Below are positions 54,401 to 64,000 of a stretch of DNA of 64,000 nt, piece after piece. The notes beneath the pieces were generated by a model, which was given only the letters and a program-made list of their open reading frames with translations, had not been told where the DNA came from and searched no databases. The position numbers were made by a program, and so were the translations under genes. This DNA comes from Paraspadella gotoi (taxonomy: Eukaryota; Animalia; Chaetognatha), in assembly GCA_051294375.1 (NCBI GenBank), contig CM119271.1, positions 5,569,991 through 5,633,990 of the forward strand. The letters are read 5' to 3'. Each line of letters opens with the position of its first letter. The stretch's first letter is position 1.

Positions 54401-55276
54401 AAGGGGCACTGCCATTGGGCTTCCGAGCGTGTTTTCCTACATTACACTAAACCCCACCGCGTCTCTCGTTCGTTGCGCGAGGCCGTTACCTCCGACTTTT
54501 CCTGCAATCGTTTCCACCGCCCTTCCCTTTGGTCTCTCGCCTCCTGAGCCACTACTTTTGGTTAGGTTTGGGTGTGTCCTCTGTGTCCCCGCATGTGTCG
54601 TGTACTCAAGGTCATGCGGTCGTTCTCATGGTCTCTACCCACTACTAAACCAGGTGAGTCCAGCGAGTGGTCGCGGTGAATAGGTCACTATTTACCGGCC
54701 AAAAAATATATTTGACAATTAAATTAACTGACTTTTCTAAACCGCGACAGTTTTTTTTTTTCATCAAGGTATTTTACTACAAAATCAATAACCAACTGCC
54801 AAACGCAATTTTTTACCTTGTGCAACAATTCACATCTTCCTTCACGTAATAAACCTGCTGACCCTTCGAATTCTGGACTTTGAAATTATTCTTCATATCA
54901 CATCCAGTGATTAACTCGAAAACATTCACCTTTTGCTTCACTAGAATTTGATCCATGAGGGTCAAATACTCCAGACCTGAAAAGAATATCGAAATCTGAC
55001 AGGTGAGATGATATTTTTGACGGAGCTGGGCCAAAGGAAAATGAATCGAAGGAAAGAAGGTGTTTCCTACCTGGTGGACAGTTGGGCGGCGCCAGCAAAG
55101 GTGCCGGCATCCAGTTTTGAGCGCCTGACGTGATGGAAGAAAGAGTTAAATCGTGTGTTATGAACGGGTAAGGAATGACTTTCATTGAACTTACTGGGTT
55201 GAACTTGCACAGCATCCGGTTGGGTGAACTGCGCTCCGTACTGCCCTGGTTGAGCCACAACAGGGCGATTTCCCAT
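48638..55276 (-). CDS. PLSCR: Phospholipid scramblase (~263 aa)
   Basis: Seven phase-consistent exons: 55195-55276, 55071-55124, 54817-54976, 53439-53565, 50683-50850, 50387-50440, 48638-48784. Motifs [55 protein letters not shown]. Confidence 0.95.
49400..49580 (+). mobile_element. Penelope-like element GIY-YIG endonuclease C-terminal fragment
   Basis: [12 protein letters not shown]...[17 protein letters not shown] matches the SAxxEH...WD..KIL..E.N..KR pattern of PLE endonucleases. Confidence 0.7.
49826..50329. mobile_element. TA-flanked foldback MITE (Tc1/mariner type)
   Basis: CAAGGTGACACACGACAGC...GCTGTCGTGTGTCACCTTG with long inverted arms and TA on both sides. Confidence 0.85.
50935..51468. 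mobile_element. MITE-like element with ~35-bp inverted ends
   Basis: AAAATCTTAAAAGCATAAAAATCGTCGCAATTG / CAATTGCGACGATCCTTATGCTTTTAAGATTTT; the same end motif occurs near 42580 and 58500. Confidence 0.6.
53913..54690. mobile_element. Deleted tRNA-LTR-like copy (53913-~54086) abutting a GC-rich, probably retroelement-derived segment
   Basis: Homology to 39695-39915; the following ~600 bp are GC-rich inside an AT-rich intron, with no recognisable domain. Confidence 0.4.
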
Positions 55277-55379
55277 GTCGTCGTCGTTAAGAGAGGCTGA
55301 AGAGTTTTTTAAGGCGTGCCTCGAAGTTCAAAGGCAGTTTCCTTTTTAAATTTCGTCGCTATTGACAACAAAGTTGGGC

Positions 55380-55891
55380 TTAAAATTGCTCTCTGATAAA
55401 CTCAGGACTGCAAAAAGAAAACGTAAGTAGTATAAAAAACAAAACGAGAGGGACGAAAGTGAAATCAAAACGGAATGACTTTCCCCCGTCCCAACCCAAA
55501 TAAGATCCAGAGTCGTCCAGCGTGAGTCCGTCGACGATCGACATCAATCGCTTGACCGAATATTCCGTAGTGAAGATTTTATCTTCGGGAAGATTCTTGC
55601 GGTAGGGCGAGGTGAGATCAGTGTCCACTGTTCCAGGGTGAAGGGCGACGCAGACAACCTTCCGAGATCCGTGGCTCAACTCGATGCTAAGGTTCTTCGT
55701 CGCCATATTTAGCGCTGGAGATGAATAGAAAAGCAAGTGAGGATAGACAAACTCACCTGCTTTGGACTTCCTGTAGCTATACCATCCGCCGAAACCGTTG
55801 TCGCCGATGCTGCCGACCCTGGCCGATACATTAACCAATATGAGCCTTTTTGCAGAAGAGGAGCCAACAGTGGCGTTGGTCGTGCAATGAT
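55380..55891 (-). CDS. CsgA/C-factor-like short-chain dehydrogenase/reductase, 3' exons
   Basis: NVSARVGSIGDNGFGGWYSYRKSKA-ALNM (YxxxK), ALHPGTVDTDL, GSYLGWDG; 42-nt intron 55715-55756. Candidate upstream exon ~57966-58036. No GxxxGxG N-terminus found in the window. Confidence 0.85.
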
Positions 55892-56186
55892 CTAATAAGC
55901 AACGACTAAGTCGTAGAATCTATTGAACTAAAAATCCAAATCTTGACCAATTTTAACATTCTAAAGAAGTTTGCCCGCTAACTGAAAATAATAAAAGAAT
56001 AAAAGAATCTAGAAAAAATTGGACATAAGGCAGGGGCGAATGAACATAGGGAGCTAAATATCTCTAACTGAATGACTGACTATTAAAATTATTAATGATT
56101 TTCGGTTAACTAACTTCGGGCATTACTAAAAATTCTCACGCATGTTTTTCAAAATTCTTAGGTCGAAGTGCGAAAGCCGGTTGAAC

Positions 56187-56340
56187 TGACCCGGTGGCTC
56201 ATTGAGTGAAGCCATCAGCTCATGGCCACTAGGTACCTGCGGGAAGCATGAGGATGGCCGTAAACCTCCTTGGGGGCATGGAAAACCCTCAAGCCTGGTT
56301 CCAAGCCCAGGACCCGTTCGATGGCTGTTAGAGGGGGTTT
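56187..56340 (+). mobile_element. tRNA(Met-like) repeat copy lacking the B box
   Basis: Aligns to the reverse complement of ~32508-32689 except for deletion of CGGTTCAATCCCAACCCGGTACCTACC. Confidence 0.7.
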
Positions 56341-56483
56341 CTTTTCTCTTCACAAACTTAATCTCATCTGTCTTGAACTTATCTTGTCCTCACCTCTGAC
56401 CACTGTCCTTTTCCCAATTCTTTGTTGAAAACATTTGGACTCTTTCTTTCTCTCTCTCTTCTCCCATAATTTGCTATGAAGCG

Positions 56484-56515
56484 CTGAAGAAGACTCGAAA
56501 TAGTCGAAACATGTC
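56484..56515 (+). ncRNA. Minimal type I hammerhead ribozyme (Penelope-associated)
   Basis: CTGAAGA-A-GACT(cgaaat)AGTC-GAAAC-AT-GTC: core boxes, 4-bp stem II, palindromic ACATGT stem III; followed by AATAAA. Confidence 0.7.
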
Positions 56516-57206
56516 TGTCTTGTTAAAATAAAATCGTTGAACTCGGTTTACAAACCATTAATGGTCCATTTTCGTTAAATCTTACAACGAAACGAAAGGA
56601 TACTATAGAACAATGTAAATTATATATATATATATATATATATAAATATAAATATAAATATAAATATCTATATATTCCTAAGAAAGCAGTATTAGGAGTT
56701 AATTAGATACGCCAGAATTTGTTTTGTATTTTCAGATTTTTGCTTGATTATAGTTTTATTAGAATTTAGAATATGCTCTGAACGGGATGGATTTGGTAAA
56801 AATATTTTTCAAAATATTCTCTAAGTGACATACATGCTTATTGCTAATATATTTTAAAAATACCTATATTCATAAGGTACATCGATGCTATATTCTCTTT
56901 CATATACTAAATTAAACTTAAGGCATATTCTATGTTAATACTTGCCACGAATAGGAAGATTTTGATCATAGTAGTCGTCGTTGAGATCCCAGAATAAACA
57001 AGTTTGAGCAAACAACATCGGTTCTAACCATGATAATTTAGATATAATCAGTAGCTTGGCCCACCAATTTTATTTAGAATTGTTGTTATTGTTGTTGTTT
57101 GTGGTTTCCCAAAATGTGATAATTGTGATAGCTATTGTTCTCGCTGTGGTAGTTGTGCTGGTTATTAGGGTGGAGTGATGAAAAGATTGAGCGATGGAAC
57201 AATGTT

Positions 57207-57475
57207 TTTTAGCTGCCTTTGTGTATGTAATAAAAAATAATTAATCCCTTTTTCAAAAAAATTTTGACTAACAGTATCATTAATTGAATTTTCTTTATAG
57301 TAATATCATTATAAAATCATAAAATTTCAAAATCATATTTTTAGCTGCCTCTGTGTATGTAATAAAAAATAATTAATCCCTTTTTCAAAAAAATTTTGAA
57401 CTAACAGTATTCATTAATTGAATTTTCTTTATAGTAATATCATTATAAAATTGTAAAATTTCAAAATCATATTTT
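57207..57475. repeat. Tandem duplication of ~133 bp
   Basis: TTTTAGCTGCCT...AAAATTTCAAAATCATATTT occurs twice head-to-tail. Confidence 0.85.
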
Positions 57476-58534
57476 GTCAATTTTAAGGATAGTTCATATA
57501 TATTTATATTATTTATGAAGGCAAAAAAGAAAAAAATAGTATAAACTAATAAAGGGGCTCCATTTAAACTCATTTTTACCAGCACAATTCTATTGAAACT
57601 TGATTTCCAGCTCAATCATACAAAAAAAAATTAAAATATCTCATCAATCCTATCATGCGTATTGGAGTTTGAAGCTAACGGGGAATGAATGAATAGATGA
57701 ACAGAGGGACATAATTTTTTTGTACAAGTTTATAGTTTCATGTTCTAAAATGTTATAAGATTACAAGATTTTTGGGGACGGGAAGACAAACCCGCATAGT
57801 GCATTGTAATGTACATAGTCGGGTTTAAACAAGAGTTAACAGTTTGCTACCAATTATAGATGGACCAACCTACCAACCAATAAACAAATAGTGCCTTAAT
57901 TTTTATTATATACTTTTAACTTATTATTATATGTTTAAGAAAGTTGCCTAATTTATAAAACTCACCATTTTAAAGATGAGTAAAGAGTTGAAAAACGAAA
58001 ACTTCTTGATTTGAAATAACGGAACCAAAGCAAGTTCTGAACAGGAGAGTTGGGATGAGGGCTGCCCACAAGTTTCATCCCATTTTATAGCATTTTTTAT
58101 TTTAAGGCTATGGAAAGTTCTAGAAGGAGGCGTCAAGTGGCGCCATTGATTGAGCCAATCAATGGAGGGAAGGGAAATTGTTTCATTACAACCATCCATT
58201 CAGAAGGCAGGTCAAAAAGTAAAACAGGTAAAACATCATACGAGGCGAAATGCATTGACAAATTTATATTTCTTTGCCCGAAATACTTAGAATACGGATT
58301 TTAGTTCCTATTTTAAAATACAGGTAAAACAGGTAAAACATCCCACGAGGCGAAACACAGTGACCGAAATACTTAGAATACCGAAGTTAACTCGAGACGC
58401 CAGAGGAGTTTAGTTCCTATTTTAAAACTCAAAAAGATAACTTCGTAGATTGAAAGGAGAAAAATCAAGTATGACCACAATAATGACGACGACGACATAA
58501 AAAAAATCTTAAAAGAATAGGATCGAGCCTACCT

Positions 58535-58770
58535 TCAATGATAATCAAATATTGATGCGATGATAACCAAAGGATTGATGCGATGATAACCAAATGATTT
58601 ATGCGATGATAACCAAATATTGATGCTATGATAACCAATAATTGATGCGATGATAACCAAATGATTGATGTGATAATAACCAAATGGTTGATGCAATGAT
58701 AGTCATTAATTGTTGTGATGATAATCATTCATTGATACGATGATAGTCATTCATTGACGCAATGAATCAT
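58535..58770. repeat. Minisatellite, ~22-23-bp unit TTGATGCGATGATAACCAAA(TG/T)A
   Basis: About 9-10 head-to-tail, progressively degenerate copies. Confidence 0.85.
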
Positions 58771-58863
58771 TCATCATAAAACAAACAAATGCGTGTATGA
58801 GTGAAAGAGGGAGAGAAAGAGAGAGAGAGAGAGAAAGAAAGAGAGAGAGAAAGAAAGAGAATA

Positions 58864-60219
58864 AATCCAACGATCACGCAAGAGATCGTACAGAGAGAGA
58901 CAGACACACACAGAGAGAGACAGAGAGAGACGGAGAGAGACGGAGGCAGATAGAGAAAGAGCCTGATTCAGAAAAGGCAGCGCCTGATGAAAAAAGAAAG
59001 AAAGATATATATAATTTAAAGAAATAAAAGAAAGGAAAAAAGTTACAATTGTATACAATTGGAAATTGTTACAACTTTTTCCAATCATAGCTTGTATAAG
59101 ATTTTATTTTTATTTGTATTAAAATTAAGATATAGTTTCTCATTAAAAAGGTCTTTTGATTTCACATGTTTATTATAGATTTAAAGATTTTTTTATGAAT
59201 TTCATCTTCAATATTATTTACTGCAATATGTAAATTAGATTAAAGCATTTCTATATTCAAATTTGGATATTATAATGAGTACTATAATCTCATTTGCATA
59301 TTGCAGTAAAAATGGTAAGTCCCAGCCAAAACTATAAAAGCGTAGTAGTTTTTATATAAAAATGCGTGATGCCAATGACGACGACGTCACAAAGAAGCTT
59401 ACCCAAAACAATATCGAGCCTGAACCGGCTTTGCCGGTAGGCTCGATAATAGTTTTAGTTTATTTTTTTTTTATCTTGCCAAGGAATCTTGGCGAGATAA
59501 TGCGAAAGGGATGCTTCTTTGTGATCATCGTCGTCGTCGTCATCGTCGTTGTCGGCGTCACGCTGTTATTCTATAAAAACTACTACGCTTTTATAGTTTT
59601 GACTGGGACTTACAGTTTTTTTTTAAATAAAAAAAAATATGAATTACGATGAATTTTTATAAAAGTGTGCGATCATAGTAAGTTAAAAATTTAGATATGG
59701 CTTCTCATTTTGAAATAGCTTTGAAATTTTCATATTACATTTTGATTCAAGTATTTTTTGTGTGAATTTCTACTTCATTATGATTTACTGCAATATGCAA
59801 ATGAGATTATAGTACTCATTATTAAATCCAAATTAGTATATAGAAATACTTTAATCTAATTTACATATTGCAGTAAATAATATTGAAGATGAAAGTCATA
59901 AAAAAATCTTTAAATCTATAATAAACATGTGAAATCAAAAGACCTTTTTAATGAGAAACTATATCTTAATTTTAATACAAATAAAAATAAAATCTTTTAC
60001 AAGCTATGATTGGAAAAAGTTATAACAATTTCCAATTGTAAACAATTGTAACTTTTTTGCCTTTCTTTTATTTCTTCAAATTATATATATCTTTCTTTCT
60101 TTTTTATCAGGCGCTGCTTTTCTGAATCAGGCTCTTTCTCTATCTGTCTCCGTCTCTCTCCGTCTCTCTCTGTGTGTGTCTGTCTCTCTCTGTACGATCT
60201 CTTGCGTGATCGTTGGATT
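58864..60219. repeat. Large inverted duplication (~440-bp arms) enclosing a smaller inverted pair
   Basis: 58864-~59310 is the near-perfect reverse complement of ~59785-60219; inner pair ~59316-59356 / ~59572-59612. Confidence 0.9.
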
Positions 60220-60758
60220 GCCAAACAGTTGCATTTCGACGTCGCAAAACTTAATTATTCAAATGTGGGAACGAGAGCGAAGCAGGATAAAACAGATAGA
60301 CATCCAGCCATAGATCAATAGCCATCGTTTAGAGACAAAATTCAAAAACCCCTGTTGGTTTGTCGACGAAAAACGATATGATCCCTACGCGAAAAATCCA
60401 TACAACATCATCTCCTATTTTGCGCGAAAATCGTTCGAGCGGGTCAGGAGGACTTGGCAGCATCGATGGCATCGCGAGAGAATACGAGGAAACAATGCGA
60501 CGAGTCTCCGCCGATTTCGATGCATACCATATTTTTATATTATCGGTGTGCAAAAGAGTGGAATCACTGATCTCTACATCAAGCTGTCCTCACATCCTCA
60601 GGTCTTGACGTCACTTACTAAGGTAGCCATGTTCTGGCCCTTGGCCAAAAGCCAATCAAATTCAAATTTTTAATCATTGAAATGCTCATTTTTATCAACA
60701 ACTAAAGCAGCACTAAATATCGTAGTATAATATCCATGGATGTGGAGCTTAGAATTAA

Positions 60759-60873
<115 letters not shown>

Positions 60874-62639
60874 TAATCTCCCTTTCCACTCCGCCCTTCA
60901 TCTCGAAAATTAAACCTTTGCTTTTGCTTTAAATCTTCCTTTATTGCGTCGCGTTGGCAACAGAGATGCGTACTAGGAGGTCGTCGTCGTCGTCGTCGTC
61001 GTCGTTTCTTTCCTTGGAAACCGAAAATTGATTATTCGGGCTCCTCGCAGAGAAAACTCCTTTTTTTTTCGAAATTTCCTTTTATCACAAAGGAATGAGG
61101 TTCCGCGCACTGAAGTTGACGTTTTCAAAGAAAAATAAATTTAAAGTGTTGAATAAATCAGTCTTTTTGTATTTGTTATCTTCATTCCTTAGTAATTGTT
61201 CAATCGAGTCTCGTTTTTTAGTTTTTATGATTTTTATAATTTAGTTTTAAAATAAAAAAATATAGGGGGAAAAAGATTGTGTTTTTTTGACATATTATAG
61301 AGACGCATCATTGTAGGTTTGGTGGCGTTCCGATCTTTCTTCTCCGAAAAGCGTCCATCCAGGATTCTCACGTGAAATCGCCATTGTCACCATGGAAACG
61401 GCTCGAAGAATTTTTAGCCAATCACAATTTGATAAAAATCTTAAATTTACCCTCCAGCTATTGATTTTTGGAAAGATGTCTCGTTTTTGAGTATCCCAAT
61501 TAAATTAAAGCTGGGCCGGTTAAATTTTATATTACAGTATTCGTAAGTACGTCATTCTCTTTAGATTAGAAAGGGCTTTCGGAAGATAACGATATTGATA
61601 TTATTTTATTTCAAATTTCTTCAGAAAACTTACTGAAAGTAAGAGAAAAAAATTAAATCTAAAAAAAGTGAGTTTAAAAATTAGAGACGATTTTCAAATC
61701 CATCTTCCTGCTATCATTGCTGAGGCATATCAATGTCGATTCTGATAAAATTTGCATATATAAATAGTTTGGGTTTTTACTTTTAAATTCATATTTAACA
61801 TTGAAAAAATCTTTATGGGTTTGCAAATGACAGCATTTTTTTACCGGCGCTTGTAAAATTGTCACCATGTATTTAGATGTTAGATATATTTTTAGGCTGT
61901 CCGTTGGGAAATGAACCTTGATTTGTTTTTTATATGAAAATGGTCCCCATAATTAAATAAAATTATTTCATTGGTTTTCCGAGCGTCGATTTCGTCCGCT
62001 CGTTAACGTCACCGTCTATTCTCTTTTCACGACTCGAATAAAGCTGAGCAATTCACAGATTCGCGTCATCACATGACTTTCACCTCAATCAGCGCCATCC
62101 GCCCCCGTCATTTCCCCACTCCCTCATTTTCCCCACTCCAGTTTGAACCCCCTGCACCTCGATTGGAGAATAAAACCGCGCGGTCATTCACCGGTTCTCT
62201 CTCTCTTAACTCACACAGGAGTGAATTAAAGCCTCGATGCGAATGAATGAAGGCGAACGCCCTCCCAGTCGACGCCGCCGACGCCGCTGCCTCCGCCGCC
62301 GCCGCCGCCGCCGCCACCGCCGCCCGATTTTTGAAAAGGCGGAGAGAGGGCGTGACGCGAATTCAGAAAACGGGTGGCGGCGCTGGTGGCAGCTGAGGTG
62401 GAGGGTTTCAGCGATGGCGGCGCCGTCGTCAGAAGGCCGCCGTGGTGGAGGATGGCGGAGGTGGCAGAGGATTTTAAAAAGTTTTGCCAATTATTAATAG
62501 TGGAAAACTAAATTCAGATTTAAGACTCAATTTAAAGAGTTTCCGAATCAGTTGGAAAACGGCGTCATCGTCTACAACTCTAATTGTCTGCAACTGGCGA
62601 CGCCGTTGATGACGCCCCGGCGGTCGATGAAGGGAGAAA

Positions 62640-63085
62640 GATAAAGGGGAGGAAAGGAGAGGAGAAAGGAAAGATAAGGAAAGGAAAGGAATGGAAAGGA
62701 GAGGAATGGAAAGTTAGGGAAAGAAGGAAATGAAAGGAAATTAAAGGAAAGAAAAGGAAAGGAAAGGAAAGGAAAGGAAAGGAAGGGAAAGGAAAGGAAA
62801 GGAAAGGAAAGGAAAGGAAAGGAAAGGAAAAGAAAGAAAGGAAAGAAGAAAAAAAGATAGGAAAAGACAGATAGGACAGGAAAAAAGAACAAAGAAGGAA
62901 GATAAGACTGAAGGAAGAGAAAAGAGAAGAGAAGAGAGGAAAGAAAAGAAGGAAGAAGAACTGAAGAAAAGAAAAGAGAGAGAAAGAAAGGAAAGCAAAG
63001 GAAAAAAATAGGAAAGCAAAGACAAGCAAAGGAAAGGAACCGAAAAGAACCGAAAGAAAGAAAAGGAAACGAAAGGAAAGATGTG
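62640..63085. repeat. (GGAAA)n purine-rich tract
   Basis: Directly visible. Confidence 0.9.
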
Positions 63086-63203
63086 AAAAGGAAAGTTAAT
63101 CTAAGGAAAGCAAAGCAAAAACAAAGCAAAGAAAAGACAAATTTGACCCAAGGTGGGTGGAGGAAAGGGAGACGATCATGTGTCCATCGTAAAAGGGTCG
63201 ACG

Positions 63204-63237
<34 letters not shown>

Positions 63238-63921
63238 CAGAGACTGCGGCGACAGAGACCGCGTCGACAGAGACTGCGGCGACTGCGGCGGCGACTGCGG
63301 CGGCGACTGCGGCGGCGGCGACTGCGACCGCCGAAAACTTCTCTTATTCCCGCTGCGTTTCGATCGACATTGACAAGCAGGTTAATCGGGAATTGACTCG
63401 GATCTTTTCGGTTTGTGATTCCGAGGTCCGTTGCCTGGCAACGTTATCTGCAGTTCGGCTCGGTTGATGTTTGTTGTCGTCGTCGTTGCTCCTTTCGTTA
63501 TCGGAGATGAAAAGAGGAAATAAGTTGTTAGGTGTTGTTATGAAGTAAATATATACAACGACATGGAAGGGCAAGGCAATTTTTATGAGAAAAGTGTGAA
63601 GGTTTCTTTTGGTTTGTGATTGGCGCGCTACGGCCCCTTCACCAGCCTGGGAAATTTGAGTCGGTATTTCGACGGGAGGACGTCTGTAACGATCGAATAA
63701 AAAAATACTTCACAGAGCTAAGGCAAAGTAGAAAATATTTCTGAGTGAATGTTGAGAAAAATAAAGGAGTCGAGTAAGTTCGGCCCCAATTAAATTTGAA
63801 TATAAGAATAACAGGAGTTTGAACTTTGAATTTTAAATATTGATACTCTAACAGCGTTTAAGAAGTTAATTGCCTATAATGATTGATTTTTGTAGGCATC
63901 TTCCGATTGAATATTATGTAG

Positions 63922-64000
63922 TAAGGCGGAACAGGTTACAAACAAACAGAAGTCAGGTATAAATATTTTAATGTGTTTATTAAAGATCGTGAAAATAAAA
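63922..64000. mobile_element. hAT-type MITE family TAAGGCGG, left end (truncated by the window)
   Basis: Matches 34320-34390: TAAGGCGGAACAGGT...GGTATAAATATT...GTGTTTATTAAAGATCGTGAAAATAAAA. Confidence 0.85.

Noticed and set aside
58535-58770. Regular ~23-bp repeats resembling a CRISPR array
   Set aside because: Units are head-to-tail with no unique spacers, there are no cas genes and the context is eukaryotic: a minisatellite.

Overview
Intron-rich, repeat-dense animal (most likely invertebrate) nuclear DNA; the species cannot be determined from the sequence. I reconstructed six spliced genes by hand: an unknown low-complexity protein (-, runs off the left edge), a TPR-like protein ending in a degenerate J-like helix pair (-), a TM-NIT-TM guanylyl cyclase (-), a DEG/ENaC channel with one frame lesion (+), a phospholipid scramblase (-) and the 3' part of a CsgA/C-factor-like SDR (-). 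Introns and intergenic DNA hold hAT MITEs with 8-bp TSDs, TA-flanked MITEs, Helentron-type HINEs, Penelope relics with a minimal hammerhead ribozyme, LTRs with unusually long tRNA-Leu PBSs, and several families of short tRNA-carrying LTR-like elements (Helenus-like, 4-bp TSD). The most striking observation is the last scramblase intron, which appears to be a hAT-type transposon insertion into coding sequence. Both splice sites are chimeras of TSD and TIR (G+TA...TA+G), so splicing leaves an in-frame 6-nt footprint (KQWTG becomes KQWKWTG). Three genes also show frame conflicts at short homopolymers, most simply explained as assembly errors. Most ORF-track entries are microsatellite artefacts.
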